This document shows positions 29,239 to 38,539 of a stretch of DNA of 64,000 nucleotides, piece after piece (the first letter of the stretch is position 1; each line of letters begins with the position of its first letter). The position numbers were made by a program, and so were the translations under genes. The notes below the pieces were generated by a model. It was given only the letters and a program-made list of their open reading frames with translations, did not search any database and had not been told where the DNA came from. Origin of the DNA: an uncultured Geobacteraceae bacterium (GTDB lineage: Bacteria; Desulfobacterota; Desulfuromonadia; Desulfuromonadales; Geopsychrobacteraceae); the NCBI GenBank assembly GCA_964565445.1, contig CAZMFD010000005.1, positions 13,216-77,215 on the forward strand. The letters are read 5' to 3'.

Positions 29239-29531
29239 ACCGCCTGAATCAGAACATAGGGTTGAACAATCAGCATCAAAAAAGCTTTATCAAGGGATGT
29301 TTCCCATTCTGCAAGCTCTGCGGCTGTCGGCTTGGCCAGTTGGCCGCCGCCAATCCATTTCTGAACCTGCTGTGTATCATCCGCCGCAACGGCAACTGCC
29401 ACTGCTACCAGGTTCAGATCACAAGCAACGGTGACCACCGCATCACGGCGCAGATGAATGCGCAACTCGCGCCAGTTAATCTGAGCCAGATCGCGCTCAA
29501 AGTCCTCTTTGAGATTTGTCATTCTACCCAC
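29235..29531 (-). CDS. small conserved hypothetical protein (possibly DUF2288-like)
   Basis: 98 aa. Overlaps the UDG-like gene by 4 nt, so the two are probably co-transcribed. The family call is from memory and unverified. Confidence 0.45.
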   Translation of the reverse strand: MGRMTNLKEDFERDLAQINWRELRIHLRRDAVVTVACDLNLVAVAVAVAADDTQQVQKWIGGGQLAKPTAAELAEWETSLDKAFLMLIVQPYVLIQAV

Positions 29532-29733
29532 TCCAAGGATCGCTGGTATTAGCTTAGTTCCGGCGAGAATACCCAGCTGACGCCGGGCGCGTCAACACTT
29601 AGCTTTATGTTCCGGCCAACCAATTTTTTTCTTGCGGTTAAAAAAGTAGCTCAATTAAATTGACCTGTTAGCCGATAGGTATGATAACGTTGAAGTGTAT
29701 TCCACATTTTTTATCGTGTCAGACGTGAGGATC

Positions 29734-31242
29734 ATGGCGCAAAGTGACAAAAAAAGCAGGATTCAAGGCGGGTGCAAGGCGCTTGCCGAATATGTCACCG
29801 ACGACTACAGCCTGCAACTGCAAACTTGTGACAGCGAGATTGAGTGTCGGGCTGGCATTACCGTCCATCAGCTCGAAAAAAGCCCCTCTCCAGCGGATAT
29901 CATTTCGATTCTGCGCCGCAACAATATTACCAGCACCGTCGACCTTGAACAGGTTGCGATTTTTTGTACCGAAGCTGCCCAGGGCAACAACCCCCAGGAC
30001 ATCATCCTCGCCCGCGGCACAGAACCGGAGCTGGGGGAAGATGGCTGGTTTGAACTGCTGGTGTCTACCGGCAAGGATGTGTCAGAGTGGGAAGAGGACG
30101 AATCCGGCCGGGTCAACTTTAAAGATGTCCAGAACTTCTCCAATGTTGATATTGATGAGCATATCGGCAATATCTATCCGCCAACCCCTGGAGAGCCGGG
30201 CAAAACCATTACCGGTGATCTGATCCCCCCGCTCTCCGGCAAATCCGCCAACGTTATCGCCGGGGCCGGCGTGCGTTTAAGCGAAGACGGTAAACAGGCC
30301 TTTGCTACCCGCAGCGGACGAGCTGTCTTTGACAACAATATCGTCTCGATTGCCGAAGAATTTATTGTCGATGGTAACGTCGACTTGAGTGTCGGCCACA
30401 TCACCTTTAATGGCTTTGTCGACATCAAAGGAGATGTGCTCGATGATTTTAACATTACCGCCACCAAGGGAATCAAGGTTTCCGGCGCTGTCGGTGCCTG
30501 CAAAATTCAGTGCGATGGACCTGTAACCATCGGCACCATGACCGGCAAAGGAACGGGTAAAATCGTCTGCAAAGGGGCGCTGCAGGCCAACTACCTCAAC
30601 CAGGTCACGGTCGAATGCTGGAACAACATCCAGATTGCCCACGAGGTGCGCAACTCGGTACTCAAAGCCACCGGCAGCATCCACATTGAATCAGGGCAAA
30701 TCTCCGGTGGCGAGGCCATTGCCCTGGAGGGGATTGAGGCCAAGGCGGTAGGGGCACGTTCCGGCATCAAAACCCAACTGACTTCCGGGGTCTACTTTCC
30801 CGAAAATGATCGCCTCAAATACCTCCGTACGCGGGTCAAAAGTGTCGCTGAACAAGTTAAGCGTATCAGTGAAGCACTCAAATCACTGAACAAAAAACCG
30901 TTGCCGGAGAACCGCCCGGCCCTGCGTGAAGCGATTGAATTGCGCATCGGCATCCTCACCCAACGCCATGTGAATCTCGAAGAAGAGCGAGAAGAACTCA
31001 ATGAAGAGCTGATCAACTTCAGCGCCGGAGAACATCCGACCGCCCGCGCCAAGATCAATATTCTGACAAAACTGATGGAAGGATCAGTCCTTCATCTTGG
31101 CGAAACCAGCGAAGAAATCAAGATGGAGCGTTCTGGTCCCATGTCCATCGTTGAAAACACCAAAGACGGTGGGCTGCGCTTTTTAAGCCACTCCCCACTG
31201 GCAGCGAGTGTTAAAGAACCTGAAGATGATTCCAACGTTTGA
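29734..31242 (+). CDS. FapA (DUF342) family beta-solenoid protein
   Basis: ATG at 29734 with GTGAGGA RBS. Repetitive beta-helix segment (VDGNVDLSVGHITFNGFVDIKGDVLDDFNITATKGIKVSG...) followed by a C-terminal coiled coil, as in FapA/DUF342 proteins. Confidence 0.75.
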   Translation: MAQSDKKSRIQGGCKALAEYVTDDYSLQLQTCDSEIECRAGITVHQLEKSPSPADIISILRRNNITSTVDLEQVAIFCTEAAQGNNPQDIILARGTEPELGEDGWFELLVSTGKDVSEWEEDESGRVNFKDVQNFSNVDIDEHIGNIYPPTPGEPGKTITGDLIPPLSGKSANVIAGAGVRLSEDGKQAFATRSGRAVFDNNIVSIAEEFIVDGNVDLSVGHITFNGFVDIKGDVLDDFNITATKGIKVSGAVGACKIQCDGPVTIGTMTGKGTGKIVCKGALQANYLNQVTVECWNNIQIAHEVRNSVLKATGSIHIESGQISGGEAIALEGIEAKAVGARSGIKTQLTSGVYFPENDRLKYLRTRVKSVAEQVKRISEALKSLNKKPLPENRPALREAIELRIGILTQRHVNLEEEREELNEELINFSAGEHPTARAKINILTKLMEGSVLHLGETSEEIKMERSGPMSIVENTKDGGLRFLSHSPLAASVKEPEDDSNV

Positions 31243-31263
31243 TGTTTTTGTTTTATACCACGG

Positions 31264-32676
31264 TCAGCTGCCGCGTTTCTGTAACTCCTTAACCACCCGC
31301 TCGGCCACCCGATTGGCGGCGTTGACACAATCATTCAAGCCCACCCCGTAAAAGGCATTTCCGGTCAGCAGCAGCCCCGGTGTTGTCGCCAATGCAGCGT
31401 CCACAGCCTGTAATCTGGCGCCGTGGCCACGGGTGTATTGAGGAATAGCGCGCGGATGACGGAACACCCGGACAAAATCGGGCAGTTCAGTAATCCCCAT
31501 GATCTGACGCAAATCAGTGCGGGTGCGGTCAATGACCTCTTCATCGGCAAGATCAATCGCTGCGGTATTGGTTGCTCCGCCCATCATCGAGCGTAACAGC
31601 ACTTTTCCTTCCGGGGCACGATTGGGAAAGATGCTTGAGTCCCAGAGGGTGCCTAAGGTATGACACCCTTCGGCACGGGGAATCAGATAACCAAAACCAT
31701 CCAGATTGCGTGCGATCCGTTCACGCTCATAACCAAAACAGATCACGTTCATCGGCGCGTAAGGGATTTCACGCAGCAGCGTTGCCACTTGTGGATTCAT
31801 TTCGTCGATCATTGCCGCTACCGCGTATGAAGGAGAAGCGGTAATCACCATATCAACGTCAAGCTGTTGGCCCGCAGCCAGATGCAACAAAAATCCACCT
31901 GACTTTTTCTCGATCCGCACCACTTCCTCACCGCTCATCAGTTCCCCCTGTAAGGAAGAGGATGTGGCATCGGTCAACTCCTGAATCCCACCAACAAAAG
32001 AAGTCAACACCCCACCCGGTCCGGCAGCACTGGCAACCGCCTTGCCGGCCTTGAGCTCGGTGCGTTTTTTGCGCGCCAAGCGCACCATCGCCTTGAGCAG
32101 ACCACCATATTCCTGTTCCAATTCATAAATCCGCGGGAAACAACTTTTCAGGCTCATGGTTTCCGGATCACCGGCAAAAATACCGGAAACCATCGGTGAA
32201 ATCAGCTTATCCAGAGCTTCCTTGCCCAACCGCCGGCGACCAAACTCGGCAAGGGTTTCATCGCTGGGATCAGTACGTTTGGGCACCAGAAGCTCACCAG
32301 CCAGACGCAATTTGCCCGGCCAGGAGATCAGCTTGGAAGATAAAAAGGAAGGACCATTCTCGGGCAGGCGATGGAGCGTTTTATCCGCGTAGATATAACG
32401 CTTGCGGGCGTTATCATCAGAACGTAACAAGCGCTCCTCAATCTGCAGGTGGCGACATAAATCGAGGGTCATCGGTTTGCTGTCGAGAAAACCATTAGGT
32501 CCCCATTCACACAGATATCCTTCTTCTTTGATCGACCAGATCTTGCCGCCGAGACGCTCCTGTTTTTCGATGATCAGGGTAGTCAAATCAAGTCCCGATC
32601 GATGGCCAAAGTCTTCAATAGCACTGGCTGCAGCTAAACCGGAAATTCCTGCTCCTATAATTGCGATTCGTGTCAT
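31264..32676 (-). CDS. hemY: protoporphyrinogen (or coproporphyrinogen) oxidase, HemY type, FAD-dependent
   Basis: N-terminal FAD fold RIAIIGAGISGLAAA. 470 aa with overall PPO-like sequence. Confidence 0.7.
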   Translation of the reverse strand: MTRIAIIGAGISGLAAASAIEDFGHRSGLDLTTLIIEKQERLGGKIWSIKEEGYLCEWGPNGFLDSKPMTLDLCRHLQIEERLLRSDDNARKRYIYADKTLHRLPENGPSFLSSKLISWPGKLRLAGELLVPKRTDPSDETLAEFGRRRLGKEALDKLISPMVSGIFAGDPETMSLKSCFPRIYELEQEYGGLLKAMVRLARKKRTELKAGKAVASAAGPGGVLTSFVGGIQELTDATSSSLQGELMSGEEVVRIEKKSGGFLLHLAAGQQLDVDMVITASPSYAVAAMIDEMNPQVATLLREIPYAPMNVICFGYERERIARNLDGFGYLIPRAEGCHTLGTLWDSSIFPNRAPEGKVLLRSMMGGATNTAAIDLADEEVIDRTRTDLRQIMGITELPDFVRVFRHPRAIPQYTRGHGARLQAVDAALATTPGLLLTGNAFYGVGLNDCVNAANRVAERVVKELQKRGS

Positions 32677-32849
32677 GACGACCCCTGTAAAAGTTTGGAT
32701 TAATGAAAGCTTTCCATATCCTAGCCGTTCACCACAGACAGGTCAAGCAACCTCCATCTGCAACCGCAACCAAGGTGCTTGACCTGTTTAAAAAGTGATC
32801 TTAGTATGACCCTTATCGTCAACTCGCAACAAACAGGAGCTTAAGTTAT

Positions 32850-33716
32850 ATGGCCAAAGACTACTACTCGGTACTCGGTATCGAACGCGATGCCGATACT
32901 GCTACGATAAAAAAAGCTTATCGCAAGCTTGCGCAGAAGTATCACCCGGACAAAAATCCCGGCGACACGCACGCCGAAGAACAATTCAAGCAACTAACAG
33001 AAGCTTATGCCGTGCTCTCCGACCCGGAGAAAAAACGTCAATATGACCAGTTTGGTGATGCTGGTTTTCACCAGCGTTTCTCCCAGGAAGACATCTTCCG
33101 CAATGTCAACATGGGAGATATCTTCGGCAACTTCGGCGGCGAGGATCTGTTCAGTCAGCTTTTTGGGGGGCGCCCCCACACGCGCCGGGCACCGCAACGC
33201 GGACAGGACTATTCGATGCAGATCAGTATCCCTTTTCGGCTGGCGGTTCAGGGTGGTGAACGACGTATCGATTATCGCAGCGACGGCAAGGTTGAGCAGA
33301 TCAAGGTCAAGATCCCTCCGGGCATAGAACAAGGAGCAAAGCTCCGTATCGCCGGCAAGGGAGGGATCAATCCAGCCGGCGGAGCGGCAGGACATCTGTT
33401 TTTACAAATCGATATCGAGCCCGACCCGGTTTTCAGCCGCGAAGGCAACGATTTGCTGGTCAGGGCGGAAATTCCCTTCAGCGGCATCTGCCTTGGCACG
33501 ACCATTGAGGTGCCGACCCTCGAAACTCCGAAGCGGGTTAAGGTACCGGCCGGCATGCAACCAGGCCAAAAAATCCGCCTGAGCGGTTTCGGAGTGGCGG
33601 CCTCAAGTAAACAGGAAGCCGGCGATCTGTATGCCATTATCGACGTGGCTGTTCCCAAAAGCCTTACCACTGAGCAGAAAGAGCTGTTAAAAAAACTGAA
33701 GGAAGTCCGATTATAG
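32850..33716 (+). CDS. DnaJ-class co-chaperone lacking the zinc finger (CbpA-like)
   Basis: J domain DYYSVLGIERDADTATIKKAYRKLAQKYHPDKN, G/F region and DnaJ C-terminal domains, with no CxxCxGxG repeats. Confidence 0.8.
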   Translation: MAKDYYSVLGIERDADTATIKKAYRKLAQKYHPDKNPGDTHAEEQFKQLTEAYAVLSDPEKKRQYDQFGDAGFHQRFSQEDIFRNVNMGDIFGNFGGEDLFSQLFGGRPHTRRAPQRGQDYSMQISIPFRLAVQGGERRIDYRSDGKVEQIKVKIPPGIEQGAKLRIAGKGGINPAGGAAGHLFLQIDIEPDPVFSREGNDLLVRAEIPFSGICLGTTIEVPTLETPKRVKVPAGMQPGQKIRLSGFGVAASSKQEAGDLYAIIDVAVPKSLTTEQKELLKKLKEVRL

Positions 33717-33770
33717 CGACTCACGCGCCTTTGGGTGAATTTTCATGAAATAACTTGATTTCGACACCCC

Positions 33771-33861
33771 ATGTAGTAGCAGCTTTAGCCGCGATCGTGC
33801 CTGAAGGCAACTCCGACAACGGCTTACTTGATTAATGCCGGTCTGGATTGAAGTTACTCAG
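33771..33861 (-). repeat. REP-like extragenic repeat, copy B (long form, inverted relative to copy A)
   Basis: The reverse complement reads ...CTGAGTAACTTCAATCCAGACCGGCAT...GCCTTCAGGCACGATCGCGGCTAAAGCTGCTACTACAT. Confidence 0.75.
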
Positions 33862-34075
33862 AAGCACTATTTTGTGATGATAAGATGAGTCGGCTTGTCG
33901 GAGCAACTGATGGTGAGAACACAGGTCAGGGCTAATTTTCTTGCCTTGTTACCACAGCACAGGCTATAGTATTGCGCCCACACAAAAAAACAGCAAAAGT
34001 GCCGGAGATGGTCTGGCTCGCTGAATAAAAGACTGTGCAATTTGTCGCACTACATCAAGGTGGCTTGTTTACCTA

Positions 34076-34492
34076 ATGAAAAGAATCCTGCGCGCCCTGC
34101 TCCTAACCCTGTTTTTATTGTTACTGATTGGCCTGCAATCAGTAATGGGATGTTCCTCTGCGCCGGGCACAGAACACTCTACAGTCCATATTCAGGTCAA
34201 TGCCTGTCACTTTTTTATCAACAACACTAGCGCTGATACCTGCTGCGACAGCACCGCCTGCCATCGCTCTCACTCTCCATTACAAAACTTCGGCAGCCCC
34301 GAATATGCCAATCAGATCAAGAATCTGCTCCCGCTGATTCTTGAATCACGCCAGCAACTTCCGCAGTTAAAAACAGTCAACGCCTTTGTCCCGCCGACTC
34401 TCTGCTGCCAGAACGCACGACAAGTACCAGTCACCTCGATTGCACCTCGCCACGCCCTGGCATTTTTACGCACAACCGTCCTGCTCCATTAA
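34076..34492 (+). CDS. Cys/His-rich putative lipoprotein, unknown function
   Basis: Signal peptide plus lipobox-like LQSVMGC. Contains CCDSTACH (CX4CH) and a second CC pair. Lies directly upstream of resB/ccsA. Confidence 0.5.
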   Translation: MKRILRALLLTLFLLLLIGLQSVMGCSSAPGTEHSTVHIQVNACHFFINNTSADTCCDSTACHRSHSPLQNFGSPEYANQIKNLLPLILESRQQLPQLKTVNAFVPPTLCCQNARQVPVTSIAPRHALAFLRTTVLLH

Positions 34493-34550
34493 GACTCTCC
34501 TGCACTGAGCCCCGATAAACGACGCTATCTGTCGATTATTATGACTTATT

Positions 34551-35981
34551 TTGTCTGATTTACCCGACATTCCGCAACGGGAGATATTTACCTTGACTGA
34601 AACAGAAAAAAAACAAGACTTCACTGATCGCATATGGGACTTTTTCTGCTCTCTGAAGCTGACCATTATTCTGCTGTTATTGCTAGCGATCACCTCGATT
34701 ATTGGCACGATTATCCCCCAGAACTCATCAGCAGCAGAATATATTCGTCTTTATGGCCAGTCCAACTACGAACTCTTCACCAAACTCCAATTCACGGAGA
34801 TGTACGGTTCCACCTGGTTTATTGGCCTGCTGGCACTGTTCTGCGTCAACCTGATCTGCTGTTCGATCAAACACTTTCCCCGTACCTGGAAGTTTTTCAA
34901 AGATCCCGCCCGCGTTGCTTCCCCGGGATTGCTGAAAAATTCCAGCAACAAGCTGGAGTTAAGCAGTAAAGATTCACCGGAAGCCATCCTTGACAAAGTC
35001 AAAGGGACTCTGGATAAAAACTTCGCAAAAACTGTGCGCACTGATGCTGATGGCAAGATTTATCTATTTGCCCAAAAAGGGATCTTCTCCCGTCTGGGTG
35101 CGTACATGACCCACATTTCCATTATCGTCGTTCTGGTTGGTGCCATCATCGGCAATGTTTTTGGCTTTAAAGCCTACGTCAATATCCCGGAAGGGGACTC
35201 GGTTTCACATGTGATGACGCGGGATGGCAGCCAGCGTATCGATCTGGGTTTTGAGGTACGCTGCGACAATTTTGACGTCAAATTCTACCCCAACACCTCA
35301 CGACCCATGGAATATGCCAGTGACCTGGTCATTCTTAAAGATGGTGCGGAAGTTTATGAAAAAAGAATTGTCGTTAACGACCCGTTATTTTTTGACGGTA
35401 TCATCTTCTACCAGTCAAGTTACGGCCAGGCCGGTGACCCCACCATCAGCTTTAAAGTCACCGACACCCAGAGTGGTGAAAGTCAGGAGTTCAGCACGCC
35501 GTTAGGCAGTCGGGTGCAACTGGCCGACGGCTTCAGTGTTATTGTCACTGATTTCACCGACAACGACCGCAGTTTCGGGCCGGCAATGCGCATGAACATG
35601 ATCAGCCCGGATGGTACCCGTGGTAACCCGGTTGTCATCTGGGAGAATTTCCCTGAATTCGATGAACGCCGCGGTGATCGCTTCAGCTTCGCCATGCTCG
35701 GTTTCAGTCAAACCTACTTTACTGGTCTGCAGGTCGCCAGAGATCCCGGTGTTAATGTTGTCTGGGCCGGCTGTATCATGATGATTATTGGTCCCTTTGT
35801 CGCCTTCTTCATGTCCCACAAGCGGATCTGGGCCTGTATTGAGCAGGATGGCAAAATCACCAAAGTTCAGCTAGCCGGCAACGCCCATCGCAATCAACCC
35901 GGGTTTGCCCTGGCCTTTGATGATCTGATGCAAAAAGTGGAACATGCCGTTACCAACAATTCCCCGACAAAGGAGGGATAA
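34551..35981 (+). CDS. resB: cytochrome c biogenesis protein ResB/CcsB (system II)
   Basis: N-terminal TM segments, a large periplasmic domain and a C-terminal TM. Followed 3 nt later by ccsA. Start is uncertain: TTG at 34551 (track) or TTG at 34593 with a GGGAGA RBS. Confidence 0.8.
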   Translation: MSDLPDIPQREIFTLTETEKKQDFTDRIWDFFCSLKLTIILLLLLAITSIIGTIIPQNSSAAEYIRLYGQSNYELFTKLQFTEMYGSTWFIGLLALFCVNLICCSIKHFPRTWKFFKDPARVASPGLLKNSSNKLELSSKDSPEAILDKVKGTLDKNFAKTVRTDADGKIYLFAQKGIFSRLGAYMTHISIIVVLVGAIIGNVFGFKAYVNIPEGDSVSHVMTRDGSQRIDLGFEVRCDNFDVKFYPNTSRPMEYASDLVILKDGAEVYEKRIVVNDPLFFDGIIFYQSSYGQAGDPTISFKVTDTQSGESQEFSTPLGSRVQLADGFSVIVTDFTDNDRSFGPAMRMNMISPDGTRGNPVVIWENFPEFDERRGDRFSFAMLGFSQTYFTGLQVARDPGVNVVWAGCIMMIIGPFVAFFMSHKRIWACIEQDGKITKVQLAGNAHRNQPGFALAFDDLMQKVEHAVTNNSPTKEG

Positions 35982-35984
35982 CCC

Positions 35985-36854
35985 ATGGATAGTGGACAGC
36001 TCTTTAATTTAACCACCATCGCTTATTTTGCCTCGATGGTTCTCTATATCGCTTTTATTGCCACCAAAAGCAACAAGGTAGCTACGGCTGCCACTCTGGC
36101 GGCGCTGGCCGGCCTTATCATTCAAACCGGGGCTCTGGGGATGCGCTGGTATGAATCCTATGCGATCCTCGGCAGTGAACATGGCCGCGCGCCCTTGACC
36201 AACCTCTATGAATCAGTGGTCTTTTTCGCTTGGTCGATCGTCGGCGTTTATCTGTTCATGGAGTGGAAGTATTTTCAAAAATACCGCGCTGTCGGTGCCT
36301 TTGTTCTCCCCATTGCCCTGTTTGCCATGCTCTGGGGGCAGATGAGCCTGAACAAATCGATTGATCCGCTGGTTCCGGCGCTGCAGAGCAACTGGCTGAC
36401 CTACCACGTCATCACCTGTTTCATCGGTTATGCCGGATTTGCCATCGCTTTTGGCGTTTCGATCATGTATCTGCTGAAAATCGGCAAAGAGGAGAAACAC
36501 CAGGGCCCTGAACCCATGGGCGGCATTCTCGGTATGTTCCCACCAACCAGGGTGCTGGATGATCTCAACTACAAAGCCATTATGATCGGTTTTCCGATGC
36601 TGACCCTCGGCATCATTACCGGTGCGGCCTGGGCTTACTACGCCTGGGGAACCTACTGGAGCTGGGATCCGAAGGAAACCTGGAGCCTGATTGTCTGGTT
36701 TATCTACGCCGCCTTCCTCCACGCCCGCTTTACCCGTGGCTGGGCCGGCCGTAAAGCAGCCTGGCTATCAATGATCGGCTTTGGTGCCACCCTATTCTGC
36801 TATCTGGGGGTCAACCTGGTACTGTCCGGGCTGCATTCCTACGGCGGCGGCTGA
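35985..36854 (+). CDS. ccsA: cytochrome c biogenesis protein CcsA/ResC (system II haem lyase subunit)
   Basis: W-rich motif WGTYWSWDPKETW. 289-aa polytopic membrane protein. Coupled to resB. Confidence 0.85.
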   Translation: MDSGQLFNLTTIAYFASMVLYIAFIATKSNKVATAATLAALAGLIIQTGALGMRWYESYAILGSEHGRAPLTNLYESVVFFAWSIVGVYLFMEWKYFQKYRAVGAFVLPIALFAMLWGQMSLNKSIDPLVPALQSNWLTYHVITCFIGYAGFAIAFGVSIMYLLKIGKEEKHQGPEPMGGILGMFPPTRVLDDLNYKAIMIGFPMLTLGIITGAAWAYYAWGTYWSWDPKETWSLIVWFIYAAFLHARFTRGWAGRKAAWLSMIGFGATLFCYLGVNLVLSGLHSYGGG

Positions 36855-36880
36855 TCAGCAGGTCAAAAACGTTACACTAT

Positions 36881-36916
36881 AAAAAAGGGCGCTTCATCAT
36901 GAGGCGCCCTTTTTTA
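36881..36916. terminator. bidirectional terminator between ccsA and the methyltransferase gene
   Basis: AAAAAA-GGGCGCTTCA-tca-TGAGGCGCCC-TTTTTT. Confidence 0.7.
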
Positions 36917-36943
36917 TGATTTCATTGCAGGAACAGCGGGCCG

Positions 36944-37564
36944 TTACGGCCTCTGACAAACCATCAGAAACACCGGATAATGCTTAAGCGCTTCTTCTTC
37001 ACCGCGCACCACCTCGAAGACGGTAGTAAAGTTGACATCCACAAAGCCGATCCGCCTCAGTACCACCGCCAGTGCCTGACGGTCGAACCCCTGATGCCCG
37101 TTAAAATCACTGCCATGAAAACTGCCATCTTCGGCATCGAGGTCAGCAATACACAGATACCCTCCGGGATTAAGTAACTCCCAAAAACTGGACAACAACC
37201 CCTGATAATCGTCTACATGATGCAGGGTCATTAAGGAGCAGATCAGATCGAAGCCTTCATCCGGCAAGGGATCTTTACACAAATCCAGTTGTAGCGTACT
37301 CACTTTGCCAAAACTACCCGCAGCAATCTTTTGTTCAACAACACTGAGCATCCCGGGCGAACTGTCTGCCAGCACCAGCTCGCCAACTGCCGGCTGCAGG
37401 GCAAAACCCAGAAGTCCGGTTCCACAACCGTATTCCAGCGTTCGGGTTGTGGGTGTCAATGGCACCTGCTCACAAATAGCGGCAGCTACCGCCTCAGCAC
37501 GTTCTATCTTTTTCGGATCAGCATCCCAGCGCGTAGCTTTTTCATCAAAACTCATCGGTAGCAA
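36944..37564 (-). CDS. class I SAM-dependent methyltransferase
   Basis: Motif I LEYGCGTGLLG and an acidic post-I residue (LVLADSS). Confidence 0.75.
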   Translation of the reverse strand: MLPMSFDEKATRWDADPKKIERAEAVAAAICEQVPLTPTTRTLEYGCGTGLLGFALQPAVGELVLADSSPGMLSVVEQKIAAGSFGKVSTLQLDLCKDPLPDEGFDLICSLMTLHHVDDYQGLLSSFWELLNPGGYLCIADLDAEDGSFHGSDFNGHQGFDRQALAVVLRRIGFVDVNFTTVFEVVRGEEEALKHYPVFLMVCQRP

Positions 37565-37699
37565 CTCTCCTGTTCATCACTGGACATTGATACATCGGCA
37601 CGGGTTCCGGTAACATACTCGACAGACACGCTTAACATCAATATAATGCCAACTTTATTGAATGATTCTTTGTCATCTCTTTGCTATCAGGAGCTTATC

Positions 37700-38524
37700 A
37701 TGAACAGTCAAATTGCCGCAGCGATCAACCTGCCCCACCAGCCGGTTGCTATTCTCTGGAGTGATGAAAAACCCGAAGGGGCACAGATGTTCAAGGACAA
37801 ATCCTGGGCTTGCTCCCTGTGGCTGACGGCAGCGGCGGCTAAAGGCAAGGTTGCCGCCTGCAGTCGCGATGCCTTTGGCTGCTTCGGCGGTGGCACCGGC
37901 CTTGGCTTCGGTGATCAGTATCGCAATTTCCCGGGCGGAACAGAAGGCTTCTGCCGTTTTCTTTCTTCCGGCAACGCCGGCCACCCCGAGGGGGAAGCGG
38001 TAGCAGGAGCGTTAAAAGCCTTTGCCGCCGAAGATTTTATCGAAGAGTATCTGCAGGGTGAGCGTTATCTGAAAAATCCGGAGGCGGTGCGAGATTTTAT
38101 CGATGATCTGCCACTGCGCGATATCCCCACCCAATACGTCGTATTCAAGCCTTTGAGTGAGATTGATCCGCAGCAGGAAGAGCCGATTGTTGTGGTTTTT
38201 TTCTGCAATCCTGACCAGTTTTCCGCCCTCGGCGTATTGGCCAACTACAGCTTTGACGGCAACGACAATGTCATCTTTCCGTTTGCCGCCGGCTGTCAGG
38301 CGATCGGCCTCTATGCTTACGATGAAGAGGAAAAAGATCGCCCCAAAGCAGTGGCCGGATTGATGGATCTGTCAGCGCGACTCTATCTGCGCAACCACTT
38401 CGGCGACAATGTCATGAGCATGTCATTGCCTTGGTCAATGTTTCAAATCATGGAAGAAAATGTCGCCGGGTCGTTCCTTGAACGCAACACCTGGAACAAA
38501 CTGATGCAGAGTAGAACGTCCTGA
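37700..38524 (+). CDS. conserved hypothetical protein (DUF169-like)
   Basis: ATG at 37700 with AGGAG RBS. The family call rests on overall resemblance only (PVAILWSDEKP..., CFGGGTGLGFG). Confidence 0.45.
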   Translation: MNSQIAAAINLPHQPVAILWSDEKPEGAQMFKDKSWACSLWLTAAAAKGKVAACSRDAFGCFGGGTGLGFGDQYRNFPGGTEGFCRFLSSGNAGHPEGEAVAGALKAFAAEDFIEEYLQGERYLKNPEAVRDFIDDLPLRDIPTQYVVFKPLSEIDPQQEEPIVVVFFCNPDQFSALGVLANYSFDGNDNVIFPFAAGCQAIGLYAYDEEEKDRPKAVAGLMDLSARLYLRNHFGDNVMSMSLPWSMFQIMEENVAGSFLERNTWNKLMQSRTS

Positions 38525-38539
38525 TTAGACGACTAGCTC

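Noticed and set aside
29656-29678. FliA (sigma-28)-like -10 box GCCGATAG upstream of the FapA-family gene.
   Set aside because: The nearest TAAA -35 element is about 4 nt too close relative to the TAAAGTTT-N11-GCCGATAA consensus. A 7/8 match to an 8-mer is expected several times by chance in this amount of DNA.
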